A stretch of DNA of 64,000 bases. It comes from Balanoglossus misakiensis. Taxonomy: Eukaryota; Animalia; Hemichordata. The DNA lies in NCBI GenBank assembly GCA_040954595.2, contig CM082583.2, forward strand, positions 6,260,849-6,324,848. The letters are read 5' to 3'. Below, piece by piece: positions 26,801 to 46,899 of this stretch. A program made the position numbers and the translations under genes. The notes beneath the pieces are model-generated. The model worked only from the letters and a program-made list of their open reading frames with translations. It searched no databases and was not told where the DNA came from. How positions within the stretch are numbered: position 1 is the stretch's first letter; every line of letters starts with the position of its first letter.

Positions 26801-29800
26801 GAAAACAACTGGCACTCTAAGTAAGCAACACAAATCAATTGATGCAATGACAACCAGTGACATTAACTCGGACACTCTGACATGGCAGGCGAGCTCTTAC
26901 CCTGACAGCTGCAACTGATAAGGCTGATACTGTTGCAACTGTATGCTGTCCTGTGGTGATGGTCTCTGAGAAACGACGACTTCTGCTAGAAGCAGTATTC
27001 TCTCCTCCTGAGACGCTGTCTTGCTTGTATTGATGTATTTCACAAGATGCGAAAGCACCGTCTGAATGGACATGGGCAGAATTATGGTGAAAAGTAAGTC
27101 TGATAAGCCCATAAAAAACTGATTAATATGATGAGTGAAATGACAAAGGAAAATATCACAGCATAAGTAATACATGTATGCCACCTAAACATCTTTTTCA
27201 TGCAATAAAGAAATAACAACAGGACTTACTTCATCAAAGTCCTTTGATGAGAGTAGTTTCTTGGTAAAGCTGTGTATTTGCTGAAAACTGCAGTGTGAAT
27301 GGCTGTACATCTGAAATCAGAAATGAATGTTAACACACCTCAAAATGTCATATGTCTGTCGGTCTCCATGTCCGTTTATAGGGGTCAAAAAATACTAAAC
27401 GCTATGATTGAGAAAATACAGAAATCATGTACACCGGGTGTCATGTACACTTACCAGTGACAGTAGAGTTTCCGTTTCTGTACACGCCTGTGCTACTATG
27501 GCAACCACAACTTCCACTATGTCATCCAGAAGTACCACAGACAACTTTTCACATTTCAGCACTTCACAAAGCATCTGTAAGAAAAACGTTTAAGATAACT
27601 TTTATGAAACCAACTGTATTATTCAGTTATTCACATCCTGGTTTTGGGTTATTTTCCACATTTCTGTTCATTGATCAATTTCGATGACTAACCTTGGTGA
27701 CTTCAGCCTTGCACTGTTTATGTTGCAGCCACAGTTTGAACAGATGAAATATTCCGTGTAGTTGGGTGTTGACATCATCAGCTGCAGTAGTATCTTCTAT
27801 CTCTTTCTTGAGACATAGAGCTCTTTCCTGAATGAAGACAGTACAATATGCTTTTGTCATTCAATGTGTTATTACCACATTGAAAGATTATCTCATAAGG
27901 GTGCAAGCTATGGTAACATCTACTACATCTGCTACATCTGCTTATTATGCAAATGTATATATATCATGTAGACCAATCAGAAACCTACCACCAAGACTGA
28001 AGACACAAAGGAGGTGTCATCTTTTGTTGTGTGTCCGGCCATCTTCAAAATGGTCTGTGACAGCACACTGCACACTACATCCTCCAAAATGGCTTCTGAC
28101 GGATCTGTGAAGGCCAGCTTCTTCACTAAACTGTTGAAAAACTGTGAATGCAACAACAATAACAGTACTGTATTCTAATGCAAGTTAGATAGTCAACATT
28201 ATGAAAATCAGAATCAAATAATGATATGTACCATTCATTAATATTTTATCTACATAAAGTGATAAAGGCAAGCACATGTACAATTTTTCTTGCAAATTCG
28301 TTCACTTATCTCCAAGTCTCAGTATATCAGTAACTTACTCTTTCAGCTGACGAATGGAACTGTCTCTTCACTCCTTTCATCACTTCAAACATCAATATAC
28401 CAACTCCTTCGTGATACTGTCAACAAATGTTTCACAAATAAGTCATCTCCAATCAGAAGCAGATTTGACCAATGGAGCAGATTCTCATCGCGAGAAATCC
28501 TTCCATTCATGGTAAAGCAGAAATTTCGAGAATTAAAACGAACATCAAGCTGGGTAAATCATTATACATCAATACAATAGCGCTATTTTAAATCCATGAA
28601 TTCCTTGTTTAATTTTATTAAAGACAGTGCACTAGTGACACCCTTACCTCCGTCTTTGACTTCACATGTTGAAAAATAAAATTCAGGACTTCACCCGGTT
28701 CCCTCATCTTTCGAAGAAGAAAAGCCAGACTTTCTGCAGCAAAGTGGTGAATGTATGTCTTCTTCTGGTTGCTAAGCAATGGTGCATAGTATCTAGAGGC
28801 AGATGTATGAAGAATTATTAGTTTACCACATTAGTTAGATGATGCTGGAACTTTTTATAATACATGTTGATTTGCTTCTCAAGGAACGGGAATACTCACA
28901 AGAAGACATCTTCAATGTCTTTGAGGAGGTATCGCCACAGAGACTTGATCAGATAGCCAAGGCACTGGAACGCGTCCTCCAAGAGCTCAGTGTCTTGGGG
29001 GTGTTCATCCAGAAGAGTTACGATGATCTCAAAGAAGTCACGGAACACCTCGTAGAAATCTATCTGGATATCTTTGGCCAACTGCACCACTAGGCTAATA
29101 AAGCAGAGGTGAAAAAGAAAAAGAAAATTAGCAGATTTCTTCTGGCAGTGGCTGATAGGCAAATGGGAGAATGAACTGTCCTCTACAGCGGACCACCCCC
29201 TCAGTCTGAGATGCAATGGTTGATTCCACATTTTGTCAATTGTGCAATGTTTTTGGTCAAAGCATATATTTATCAGTAGTCATTCCAATGAATATAAAAA
29301 TTAACCCTAGGAAGTGCTTTACATAAGCTTTGAGATTATCAGACCAATATCGGAATTATCTCCATAAATGGAGTTAACAAGTGACTGGCAGACAAGTCCC
29401 GATAATCCTAAACTCACTCTAATAAAGCCTTGAGTGCTAAGCTCTTCCTGATCTGCAGATGTTTTTTCAGTGAGGCAATTATCTTCTCCTTGTGGTGTAC
29501 AACTTGTGCATATGTTGAGATACCAAAGCGTAGTTCTTTGGAAAAGTTTACTGCAAGAAAAATGTATATGTGAAAAATGCATCAGAAAAATGATAAAACA
29601 CATGTCTGCGTAATACATGCCTGTGTAGCAATTTCCCTTCTCACATTTTTCAAAATTAAAGTTAAACTTACCAAAATCATTAGTGCAGTCCAACTCTTGC
29701 CATTTGATAAAACCTTCCACAAAGTATGAATCACATTCCTGTGAAATAGAACAACTCGCATTGTAAATGTTACATGATTGATCTCAACAATTACAATGAT

Positions 29801-30594
29801 TTTCCAGAAAATGTTAAGGTTTACAGAATGATAAAGGGAACTTGCAAAAAAGTGAGAACTACAGCTTACCTCTAAATCAGTATGTTGTCTTCCTTTGCGG
29901 ACCACATCAACATTTATCTGGGATATTCTTTCCGAAAATGTCTGGAACTGAAACAATATCACAACATATATTAACTGTGATTCTTGTGCAAATTAGCCGA
30001 AACTGCGACATCAGAAATACACCCATTGCTAATCTGATGAACATAAGTATCAAGTTAATGCAACCTACCAACAGTGGTATGATATTTGCTATCCTAAAAA
30101 CTAAAACAGTCTGAGGGAGTGGTATTTCAGGTGTGCAGTGAACATAGTGTGTCGTCTGCTAGCTGCGAGTCCGTAGCCCTACCACTTCCCCGTCTGACTT
30201 CCCAACAACCTACCAGACGAGGAAGGCTACGAACTCGCAGCAAGTCGTCTAGAAGGGCTGACGAATATAAGTGATTGCAGCGTTCCCATCAGTGTATGGC
30301 CACGGTGTGTGACATCAGGCGACACAGCCCCATGTCCGTTACTGGAAAGAGGACACATTCTCGTGTCCATCACAGGGCAGACGACACAGCCTCGTGTCCA
30401 TCACAGGGCAGACGACACAGCCTCGTGTCCATCACTGACACTGGACAGACGACGCGACAACAGTCAACAGCCTGCTGTAGGATTTCCAGTCGTCGCGGTG
30501 TATGTTCAACGCTAAATTCATTGCCATGTGTAGTGCTTACCTTGAAACGATTAGTTCCCTTGTGATGTGAAGACTTGGACGTTCGTTTCATCAT
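11816..30594 (-). CDS. UTP20: Small subunit processome component 20 (UTP20/DRIM), large HEAT-repeat ribosome biogenesis protein
   Basis: First exon 30541-30594 (MMKRTSKSSHHKGTNRFK), then FQTFSERISQINVD, LVVQLAKDIQIDFY, FAAESLAFLLRK, DFFENIKHLQ, LTRGYQ and FLMDYPLGKK. The basic C-terminus ADPERAARKKMKKH lies in last exon 11816-11941 (TAA at 11816-11818). About 55 exons; splice phases were consistent wherever I checked (most of the 5' two-thirds). Confidence 0.95.
12500..12640. mobile_element. Degenerate Tc1/mariner(pogo)-type MITE remnant in a UTP20 intron
   Basis: Begins TA-CAGT-acaacctgtctaaaccg, with inverted subterminal copies ccggtttattgaggtt and cagtatagacaggtttcc; the right terminus is eroded. 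Confidence 0.55.
17714..17774 (+). repeat. Dispersed ~61-bp repeat, copy 1 (UTP20 intron)
   Basis: accatatgagattttcatcgctcacttaggtagcaaaaagctatttaaggtagcaagaatt is nearly identical to 54125-54186 (3 substitutions, 1 indel). Confidence 0.85.
18125..18143. repeat. (CA)n microsatellite
   Basis: Direct reading of the acacac run; a similar run lies at about 40533-40556. Confidence 0.85.
19396..19467 (-). mobile_element. Reverse-orientation partial copy of the 85-bp TTAA MITE family
   Basis: The reverse complement TTAAccctttcaccaccatggttcggtccaaacccattgctttctgttctaaggttggacctctaaa matches 38881-38947. Confidence 0.8.
30158..30243. mobile_element. Short hairpin (MITE-like) element flanked by the 7-bp direct repeat GTCGTCT, in UTP20 intron 1
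   Basis: Arms gctgcgagtccgtagcc(ctaccac)ttccccgtctg and cagacgaggaaggctacgaactcgcagc are reverse complements apart from a 7-nt bulge and 2 mismatches. GTCGTCT occurs at 30151-30157 and 30244-30250. Confidence 0.7.
30321..30435. repeat. 31-bp minisatellite, about 4 units, built on a GACAC-N6-GTGTC hairpin
   Basis: GACAC at 30321, 30352, 30383 and 30414. The unit ctcgtgtccatcacagggcagacgacacagc is exact at 30360-30390 and 30391-30421. Confidence 0.9.
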
Positions 30595-31062
30595 CTTGGC
30601 ACGGAATATTTGATAACGCTTTTAAAAACCAAATCAACTACACGTGTAGGTCGCCATTTTGATTTTGAACCCCCTATCTTGGCAATAATTGTCACAGAGA
30701 TAACTATTGACAGTGGAAACGGAATACGAATCGGAGAATTATGTTTCTCATTATCGCGTTGCCCATGTTATCTGCGCTTTTCACTTTCTGATTGTTTATA
30801 AACATTATAATTTATGTTATAAGTACACTATTAAGTTAAATCCCTTGCATGTCTAGGCAAACCACAACAAGAGAAAGCCCGAGTTTGTCAGATCTGAAAT
30901 CACATTCTGACTCTGTTTCTAGCTGTATAGTCCCCAATGTTGACAATCCCGTCGGCGAGAAAAATCATCTGCGAGCTGCTGGTCAGTTACTCACTCTTTA
31001 CTTCGTTGGCGAGGTGAAACTACGGCTTTATATACTCGCAAGTTCGGCACTTGCAACGTAGA
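30595..31062. promoter_or_regulatory. Bidirectional promoter and 5' UTR region shared by UTP20 and SUPT7L
   Basis: Only 468 bp separate the divergent start codons. The region is CpG-rich relative to introns, with a YY1-like CGCCATTTT at 30652-30660. Confidence 0.75.
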
Positions 31063-33826
31063 ATGGCTTCTCGATGGGGAGATCTGCCCGGACCGCTGAC
31101 ATCGGCGCCTGTCGTCGAGCGTGAGGTGGAACTGCCGTTTGTCCAACCCCAACCAATGGAGATAGAAGCACCTCGATTGCACCAGCCATCTTCACAACAG
31201 AGAGCTACAGTTACGCAGTGAGTAAACGTTCTGTACGTTTTGACGGTTGGATGAATAAGATGTAGGCGTATCCATCAGATGTGGTCATCTAGACATCCAC
31301 ATTTTAAGAGAGAATGAGGCATTGATGGGAATTGACGTGTTGTTTACAAACAATCATCTGACATTTCTGAATGTTACTTTCAGATTACCAGCTGAGCTGT
31401 GCCAACAAGACCCTATCAGTATCCACACAATACAACTACTTAAACACAACAGAAAAATCCGATCTATGATTTCACAGCACCACCACCATCACCACCATCA
31501 TGATCATGTATGTGTTTCATTTCTTTAATTTTAAACAATTGCTACAAGTGTTACAATGTTACTTGTAAGTGAAAAAATAATTTAATATTTAGTTTTGATG
31601 CTTTCAGATTGCATTGTATGTGTGTTTTTCTATTGAATTTCAGAAATCCACAGAAAAAGAATTATCTAGGCTGCCAAGTTTACCCACACTCCCTCCTACA
31701 AACAGATCAGCAAGGTCGTGGTATGTATTAATTAAAAGTACATAATCTGCAATGGTTGTGTGTCTGCATCTTTCTTGTAAATTTCCTAAAGAATCACACA
31801 AACTGACAAATTAGAAGAAAAAAATCATTATATTTCATTCATGAAACTAATTGTCCAGTTAGGTGGATCATGTTTTCATTGTTTTGTTTTGCCCTTTTCA
31901 GGGAGAACAATGACAGGTTACAGATTGATAACATTGAACTTGATGATGCATCAGTACGGCAGTTGACAAGAAGAGCTGTTGCTACGATCTGTGCACATGC
32001 AGGATTTGAAAGTGAGTGTTATCCACTAGTACTTGAGTCACTGTGCTTCCTAAGAAACAGTGACTGTCAGATATTTTACTCAGAGAATTAGATACAGGAG
32101 TCTTGAATCAACATCATGTGAGAATGAAAAGTTTAAATTGGAATTTTGCCACACTTGCCGCATTTCAAGCTCTGAGACAAGGAAATTCACTCCTAAGTCT
32201 AACCACACCTTACAAATCATTGTTCTCTATTTATCTTTTGCTTGAGATCATCAGGCCAATGTTAATTCTTTTTAATGTTTTGCAGATTGTCAAGAATCGG
32301 TACTTGAAACGTTGACAGATGCTTTGAGTGATTACAATCAGAAAGTGTGCCAACTCCTGAGGTTAGGGGTAGACAGGGAAGCGACAATGGGCACCACTGG
32401 CTTTCAGGTAGGTTGTAGGTCATGGATCAGCAGTCATGGCAAGGACGTATTTTTTGCTTCTCTTTCATTCCGTTGTTATCCATCATCCAGTAGGCACAGT
32501 GCCAGGTTGCAGAATGAGAGTCTCAAATTCAATTGACAATTCATTGTCTTGATTTCAGGACGTGCTGCAGCAAGTTTTCCATGAAATTGGCATCAGTAGT
32601 TTCAAAACTCTTCAAGTATTCTGGGAAACCAGGATCAGGAATTATCATAAATTGGTCCACAGTCGTGCGCTCACACTGAGACAGGAATATGAAAAACACC
32701 GGGTATGTAACAGACATTTCACATACTGAATACTAGTATTCTGTGCAGTAAAGAACATCATAAGATGTAAGAATTTGCATGTGAAGTCCGTCTTGAAGCT
32801 GTTCAACTTGACTAAAGCCATACCCATCGAAACTTTCCATACTCTGGAGTTATTTATCTCCTTGTCAAATTGTAAACATAGTATTTCTCTGTTCAGTGGC
32901 AGTGCCTCATTATTTGGTAATCTTGTTTATTAAAAAATGTTGTTTTTATCATCATTGATTCCATTATTCAGAATCCAAAAGGCAGGAACATTGAAGACCA
33001 CAGTGATGTCAGGTATGTGTGCCTCATTTCCTTATAGGTCTGTATTTGTTAATGTTGGCATTTTTATAGGTTTTTGTCAGTGGATGGAACTGTTTATTTG
33101 AAAACAAACGTCTGTGCCTGAAGAAATATACCAGTTTATCTAGATGAGAGCGCCCTCAAGCCGTGGTAGCTTAATTTCAAAATGGGAGGGTGGTAAAGTG
33201 CGCCATCATTCAACAGTCTTTTCATTGACTTCTCTCCCCAACAGAATTAAAGAAGAGCCCGTCTCGGAGATCCACTTCCCGCTCGGCGACAGCGAAGTTC
33301 AAGAACCCGGCGAAAATTTACTCGATTTACACAGCATCAACAGCGCTCTGGATCTGGAGGAGTCGTCGTGTTCCAGCAACGTCACCGATCCCGACTCGCC
33401 CCAGTGGTCGCTCTCCTACATCAAGACAGAGGCGCAAGATCGGGTGTCTGCACTGGAGTCCCTAAGTGAGAGTGTTGTGGAGCAACAGGACTACCCAGCG
33501 CAGGTAAAATTTAGCAGTGGTCAGGGTGGGTAATTTGGGTGGCCCCTCGCAGAATCATACAATGTATATGTGATGGAACGTCAAACTGTTTAATGTACCC
33601 GAGCATCATCCCAGACTCTCGCACACATGAGTGTTTGACAACCCAGTCTCTTTGATGCCAAAAGTCAGATAGTTAGTGGCTCTGTTGCTAACTCGCTGTT
33701 ATTCCCCAAGTTTTTTTCTGCGTAATAATACTGTTCTCTCCTTTCATTTCTCCTTTACAGAATGATGGCGAGAGCAAAGATGACATCAAAAAATCCGAGA
33801 CTTTGTCTCCACTTGCAGAAAGTTAG
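31063..33826 (+). CDS. SUPT7L: STAGA/SAGA complex subunit SUPT7L (STAF65-gamma), histone-fold protein
   Basis: Exons 31063-31217, 31384-31507, 31644-31720, 31902-32011, 32286-32407, 32559-32702, 32972-33012, 33245-33503, 33761-33826, with consistent phases. Motifs RWGDLP, LHQPS, IHTIQLLKHNRKIR, AVATICAHAGF, ESVLETLTD, VDREA, QVFHEIGI, IKEEPVSEIHFP and SPQWSLSYIKTE match recalled human SUPT7L. Confidence 0.92.
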
Positions 33827-34075
33827 CATACACTGGGATAATAATTTCATAATTCCACACGTACATACTCACAGTGACAGCGTGATACCTGCTGGTTTTT
33901 TTAAAGGCTTGTTCTCACCTTACCATAGTATCAGGAGATGGAGATGACTTTTCAGAACTAAGGACTGAATCTTCACAGCCTTTCTCGAACTGTCTAAACT
34001 CAGAATCACAAGCTGTAATCTTTGAACAAATATGATTGTAAAATATGGTGTATCATGATTATAATTTGAGGCTGA

Positions 34076-34081
34076 AATAAA
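34076..34081 (+). terminator. Candidate polyadenylation signal of SUPT7L
   Basis: AATAAA about 250 nt after the stop; a second lies at 34296-34301. Confidence 0.4.
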
Positions 34082-36088
34082 GCGACTTCTTGCCATATCA
34101 TGTAAAAGGAAAGTAAAGTTCATTAACTCGGGATAGACAATGGCAAGGGAGAGAAAACAAGAGACCGTGACAAAGAAAGTAGTGACCCTTAACTTTTATT
34201 ATCCTTCATGATATTGATGAAATGCCATGTGTCTACATCCAGTTTGTAATGAAAACAAAGCTGAAACTTGCAGAATGTTTTAATGTAATGGTTGTAATAA
34301 ATATCTACGTGTTACAAAGGTAAGGTTGAAAGTTGGCCTCTGTCGAAGATTGTCATCTTGAAGTAAATTACATCTAAAACTGTTATCACTATCAAAGTGT
34401 GAACATCAAACGGGGAATTCAACTTTTAATCAGACATTTAGTATATTGCATTTGTACAATCGTGATAGCTAGCTATCTCAACTTGGGCTTTCAAAAAGTA
34501 AACGCCAATGTTGGAAATGTTGCAGGAGATACCTTCTCCCCCAAATAGTATTCTTCATTAATTTTAAAAGGTCAGTCGCATTACCCCATAAATTGAATAA
34601 ATCCATTTCTACTTCACTGCGTGGGCTAGCTTTAATTGGTACCTAGTTATTATTTCTAGAAATCAATGAGGGCTAAAGATGGGATGACTGCTAACAGGTA
34701 GTTGTCATGGTAATATGTTATTGCATTGTTGTGTAAATAAAACACTGAAGATTGATAGACATGCTCTTCTATGTTTTTCTGTGTGGATTTATACAGCCAC
34801 ATACAATCTTCATCTATGATATGGTGTACACAACTACATGTTGCAGAAGTATGAACAAATAACTTATGAATAACAACCAATAAAGCTACCGGCATGTAGT
34901 TACATGTAATAGCAAATACTAGTAAATCTGGATACTGCTTTTGTAATTTGTAGGTAATTTCTCTTTCGAAGAGATCTTGAATGCCCCTTGAACGAAACGT
35001 CTTTTTTTTGTCCTTTTGAAAAAAGAAATTGTAAACAGTGTGAAAAGTGCACATCACCAGCTGGTCCTGCATGAGGATGCGTTCAAGTACAAAGAATGAA
35101 ATGTTCCAGTCAAAATTAAGGACTGTCACTACTTGTTCTCCACATCAAAATTTCACATTGCAACAAATACGGAACTTCACAGACCAGTTTGAATTTGCCA
35201 AATGTTTACAGAAATAAGTGCCACAGAAAATGCAATCAGAGAAGTAATAGACTGTGCTTCCAAATCGAGAAAAGAATCTTTGTATAAGAGCCAAAAGTGC
35301 AATCGATATTTTTTTTTCATTTTCCCTTTTTTCTTACCATCAAAAAGTCCCCGTCCATAAATTCAACTGGCTGAAAATTTCTTAGCTGTCAACCTACTGT
35401 TTACCATCCAGGGGCCTTGGTGATCTTTACATGCCTTAACATTATAGAAAAAGTATCAAAAATTTTGCCCTGAGCGGAAATTTCATTTGGAAGAATTAAA
35501 ATTGTGTGAAGTTGTAGGTCTAAAAGGGTGTGTTCTGGTGGCCACCAGGGGTTCCCATAATATGTACGCAGAGTGTGATGATGCAAAATTGGTGGTGTTT
35601 TCACGATCAAGCAGACAGGCTTACAGGTTAGCTCCTTCAGCGTATCCTAAGACACTCTTGTCAAAGACAACATCTTTGCTGACTGTTCTAAATCCAAGAA
35701 CTCCCCTTTGCTGCTGAAAACACTTCACAACATCACACTCGTGTCAAAGCACTCTAGTAGCTGTGGCGCATATTTGCATGAACAGAAGAAAATGGAATTC
35801 ATAAATGGATGACATAAATCAAAATTCAAATCAGTCGATGTAAGCTTGAATAAAAATTATTACTTCAAAACAAATATGCTGACTGCCGTTTATAACCTCC
35901 CACACAACTGTATACCTTATATTAAACCACAACAATAATTATCAGTTAATAATCCTACGCTACTTAATAATTACGACAGCGTCTTTAATTTACATGTACC
36001 AATTATACAAAAGTAGAGGGCAATGGGAGTGTTGTCTCTCATCAACACGTGCGTGCTCTGCTCTGAGAGATTTGATTCAAGCGCCATC

Positions 36089-44818
<8,730 letters not shown>

Positions 44819-45000
44819 AGTGATATGGTCTTCTGTACGGATGTCGATTTCACCTGCAGCTGCTGCGTACCTGACCTATGTCGATTTCTACTGAAATCCT
44901 ACAGCTAGAGAACGCATGCGCGCGCTCTCCCCTCCCTTTGATCGTTGATACTTTACTCCAACGGTATGGTGGCGCGCTACAGCTTCAAGCTTTACCTTGG
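44819..45000 (-). promoter_or_regulatory. REEP5 5' UTR and proximal promoter with an NRF1-like site
   Basis: CGCATGCGCG at 44913-44922, about 100 bp upstream of the ATG, plus TGGCGCGC near 44970. Confidence 0.5.
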
Positions 45001-46899
45001 GCCCTACAAATACCAGAAATAATCATCATTATCATCATCACCGATAGACCACACACTTACACTTTAGTCATCATGTCATTCTTTGTTCTATACTGAAATG
45101 TTTGTCAAATAAATTTCTCAGATTAATAATCCCCAGGTGGTTGGGGTGGGTAGGCCCTCCAGCTAAATTTGTGGGCAATTTCACATGAAAGAATGAAGGA
45201 AACTCAGTGAACCATACCAAAATATACCATAAAGTCTGGTTAAAAGTTCACTTGTCAACAATAAGATTGTCCATCAGTCTGCCTCTTCCTCTCTCACAAG
45301 CTTTAGGGGGAACAATAAAGTATAGTCAAACACCAAAGAAGAGGAGTCAAATGCTTTTAACATCATAGTCGCATCGATCAACTGTATTTGGAGTTGCTTA
45401 TTAACATAAATATTTGCATCTTGAAATTTCAATACACATGAGTTCACAACACAAAACTACCAGTCACCCTTCATGTCACACCAAACAATGAGAAAAGAAA
45501 GAGCAAAGAACAACACATTTGTTTCCCCAGCAGGGTTAATGTTTACTAGAATCACAGCACCAAGTATCACTAAACGGTCGACGGTTTCACTTGACATCTG
45601 ATTATAAAACACCAATGCAACGCTACACGAAAAAATGCACTTGTTTATTCTTTTAAAAGACTACAGCAGTCATGTTTGAGTTAAACGATAATATTGTGAA
45701 CACTCTTCGAAGGATTACGAGTTCAATTGCAACTTCAATGCTCATACGAAAAAAATATAGATAATAACAGAAAAGAAGAAAGAAAACAACACATGTGCAC
45801 AAATATATTGGTATGCTGGGTTAAACGGTCCAGTTCTGAGCTGCTTTTGAACGATCCTCTTTCACTTTGAAAAATTTAAACCTGTTAAAACATTCGCGTC
45901 TGTGGTATGTATCAGGGTACTCTCTCTTCAGTTACACTTGCAATTCACACTTGCAATCTTCTGAAGCCATGTTCTCCCCAATAATTTCTGACTTTACTAA
46001 TATACATAACAATACATGAATTGTTATTCTAATAAACTTCTATTTTTTCCAGAAAATTTAGGGTAGTGGCCTCTACCCCTTGTCTGCTCTCCGTCTCTGG
46101 GGGGAGAAAACACTGTCATATGGGGGATATATGCCTCTCTCCACTTCACAAATATTTAAAGATGTGACGTCAATACAATTTGCCACAGGGCGGTGGACGT
46201 CAAAAAAGACTGGATGTATAATCACGTGAGAAATCCTTGGCTGTTAATTTATTAGTCGAGTATTAATCTTACGAACGTATGGTAATTTTTTGAAATGACC
46301 AACTTGGACTAAACTGGGAAAAATCCTCTAGAGGCATGCGTAATGAAGATCTGAATGGTGGCACTGGTGGCAAAAAATACAAGACAACTTAGAAAGCAGT
46401 AACTGTGTCAAGTCAAAATATTTATGCGAAATCCCTATCAAAACACATGATCTGTAATCTACTGTACCCCAAATATTTAAAAAAGCTATCCCTTTTTTTT
46501 CACTTCTGCTTCAGGTGGTGAACAGGTACACTGCACGTATAAAGCATGTACATGCACGTAATCTGGGATGGTCAATGTCAGCTGAAGGTCCCAAGCATAA
46601 ACAGTCAAAAGCAATACATGTATTATTATCAAAAAATTGTCCTCATTTAAATAGTTATCCTCCGAATGCTGTTCTCCCGAAAAAACAACACACGCAACAA
46701 CAAGAAAAAATGTCTCGTCCTTTCACTGAGATTGCAATCACGTGTCATTTGTTGTCTTCGGAACTGTGCGATCCAAGAGCAAGTTCAAGGACAAGGGCAT
46801 CCAGTTTTATGCCAGAACCAGGGGGGATTATCACAAAAAAAAAGAGAGAGAGAAAAGAAATCCTCCGTGGCGCGGTTTTTGTCTCCGAGATCAGCTGTA

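Noticed and set aside
30321-30435. CRISPR-like array
   Set aside because: The apparent spacers repeat identically, the period is only 31 bp, the context is a eukaryotic intron, and there are no cas genes.
34656-35129. 157-aa minus-strand ORF
   Set aside because: AT-rich, with a non-ATG start and no recognisable motifs; it lies in the probable REEP5 3' UTR.
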